Shown one piece after another: positions 63,813 to 64,000 of a DNA stretch of 64,000 bases. Position 1 is the stretch's first letter, and each line of letters starts with the position of its first letter. Source of the stretch: Planctomycetota bacterium. GTDB taxonomy: Bacteria > Planctomycetota > UBA8108 > UBA1146. The translations under genes and the position numbers were made by a program. A model generated the notes under the pieces. The model saw nothing but the letters and a program-made list of their open reading frames with translations. It had not been told where the DNA came from and did not search any database. Location: assembly GCA_018694835.1 (NCBI GenBank), contig JABHOG010000015.1, positions 108,192 to 172,191 of the forward strand, written 5' to 3'.

Positions 63813-64000
63813 CGCTGCCGCTCCTTCCCGATGCCGATCGCCAGTTTCGTGGCGCTCATCTTCGGTCCCCTACGCTGATCGAGGATTCCATCGACCTCGA
63901 CCCCACGGCGCAAAGTACCATCCGCATCATCGAATTGAACCCGCAGACCCTCGCGAGAAAGACCCTCGGCGACCGGTCTTTGATCCTCATTGGTCTGCTT
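63809..64000 (-). CDS. C-terminal fragment of an unidentified CDS running off the window
   Basis: Minus-strand frame open from 64000 to a TGA at 63811-63809 (63 codons, ...VEVDGILDQRRGPKMSATKLAIGIGKERQR*). The stop overlaps the UDG TTG as TTGA. No family recognised. Confidence 0.35.
   Translation of the reverse strand, partial: KQTNEDQRPVAEGLSREGLRVQFDDADGTLRRGVEVDGILDQRRGPKMSATKLAIGIGKERQR

Overview
Chromosomal window from a moderately GC-rich bacterium. All calls were made by eye from the sequence and the ORF track, with no searches run. Gene content points to a Planctomycetota-like organism (inference only): a dockerin-tagged secreted protein, giant TPR and secretin proteins, a large Ser/Thr kinase and a fused membrane/spermidine-synthase protein. 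Contents in order: the distal half of the nuo operon (nuoH' to nuoN) and a LysM-YkuD L,D-transpeptidase. Next is a translation cluster aspS-infC-rpmI-rplT-pheS-pheT on the minus strand. Then a 1204-aa Ser/Thr kinase divergent from a five-heme cytochrome c carrying a dockerin, dprA, small secreted proteins and rlmN. Then a LeuS-like gene with no visible class I signature motifs, followed by a trypsin-like protease. Then tRNA-Ala(GGC), an acyltransferase coupled to a sphingomyelin-synthase-like PAP2 gene, an NfeD-NfeD-FloA flotillin operon, tRNA-Leu(CAA) and rplM-rpsI. Then a tightly overlapped five-gene envelope glycosylation operon (HAD, GT2, GT4, TMTC-like GT-C with TPR, membrane spermidine-synthase-like). 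The most interesting region is a roughly 15.4-kb, 11-gene minus-strand cluster (46933-62359). It combines a PilM/N-PilO-PilP-like module, two divergent secretins, two large TPR proteins and an ExbB-ExbD-ExbD proton-motive motor, with no pilin, ATPase or TonB/TolA gene inside it. The window ends with a family-4 uracil-DNA glycosylase. I found no CRISPR array, transposase or integrase.
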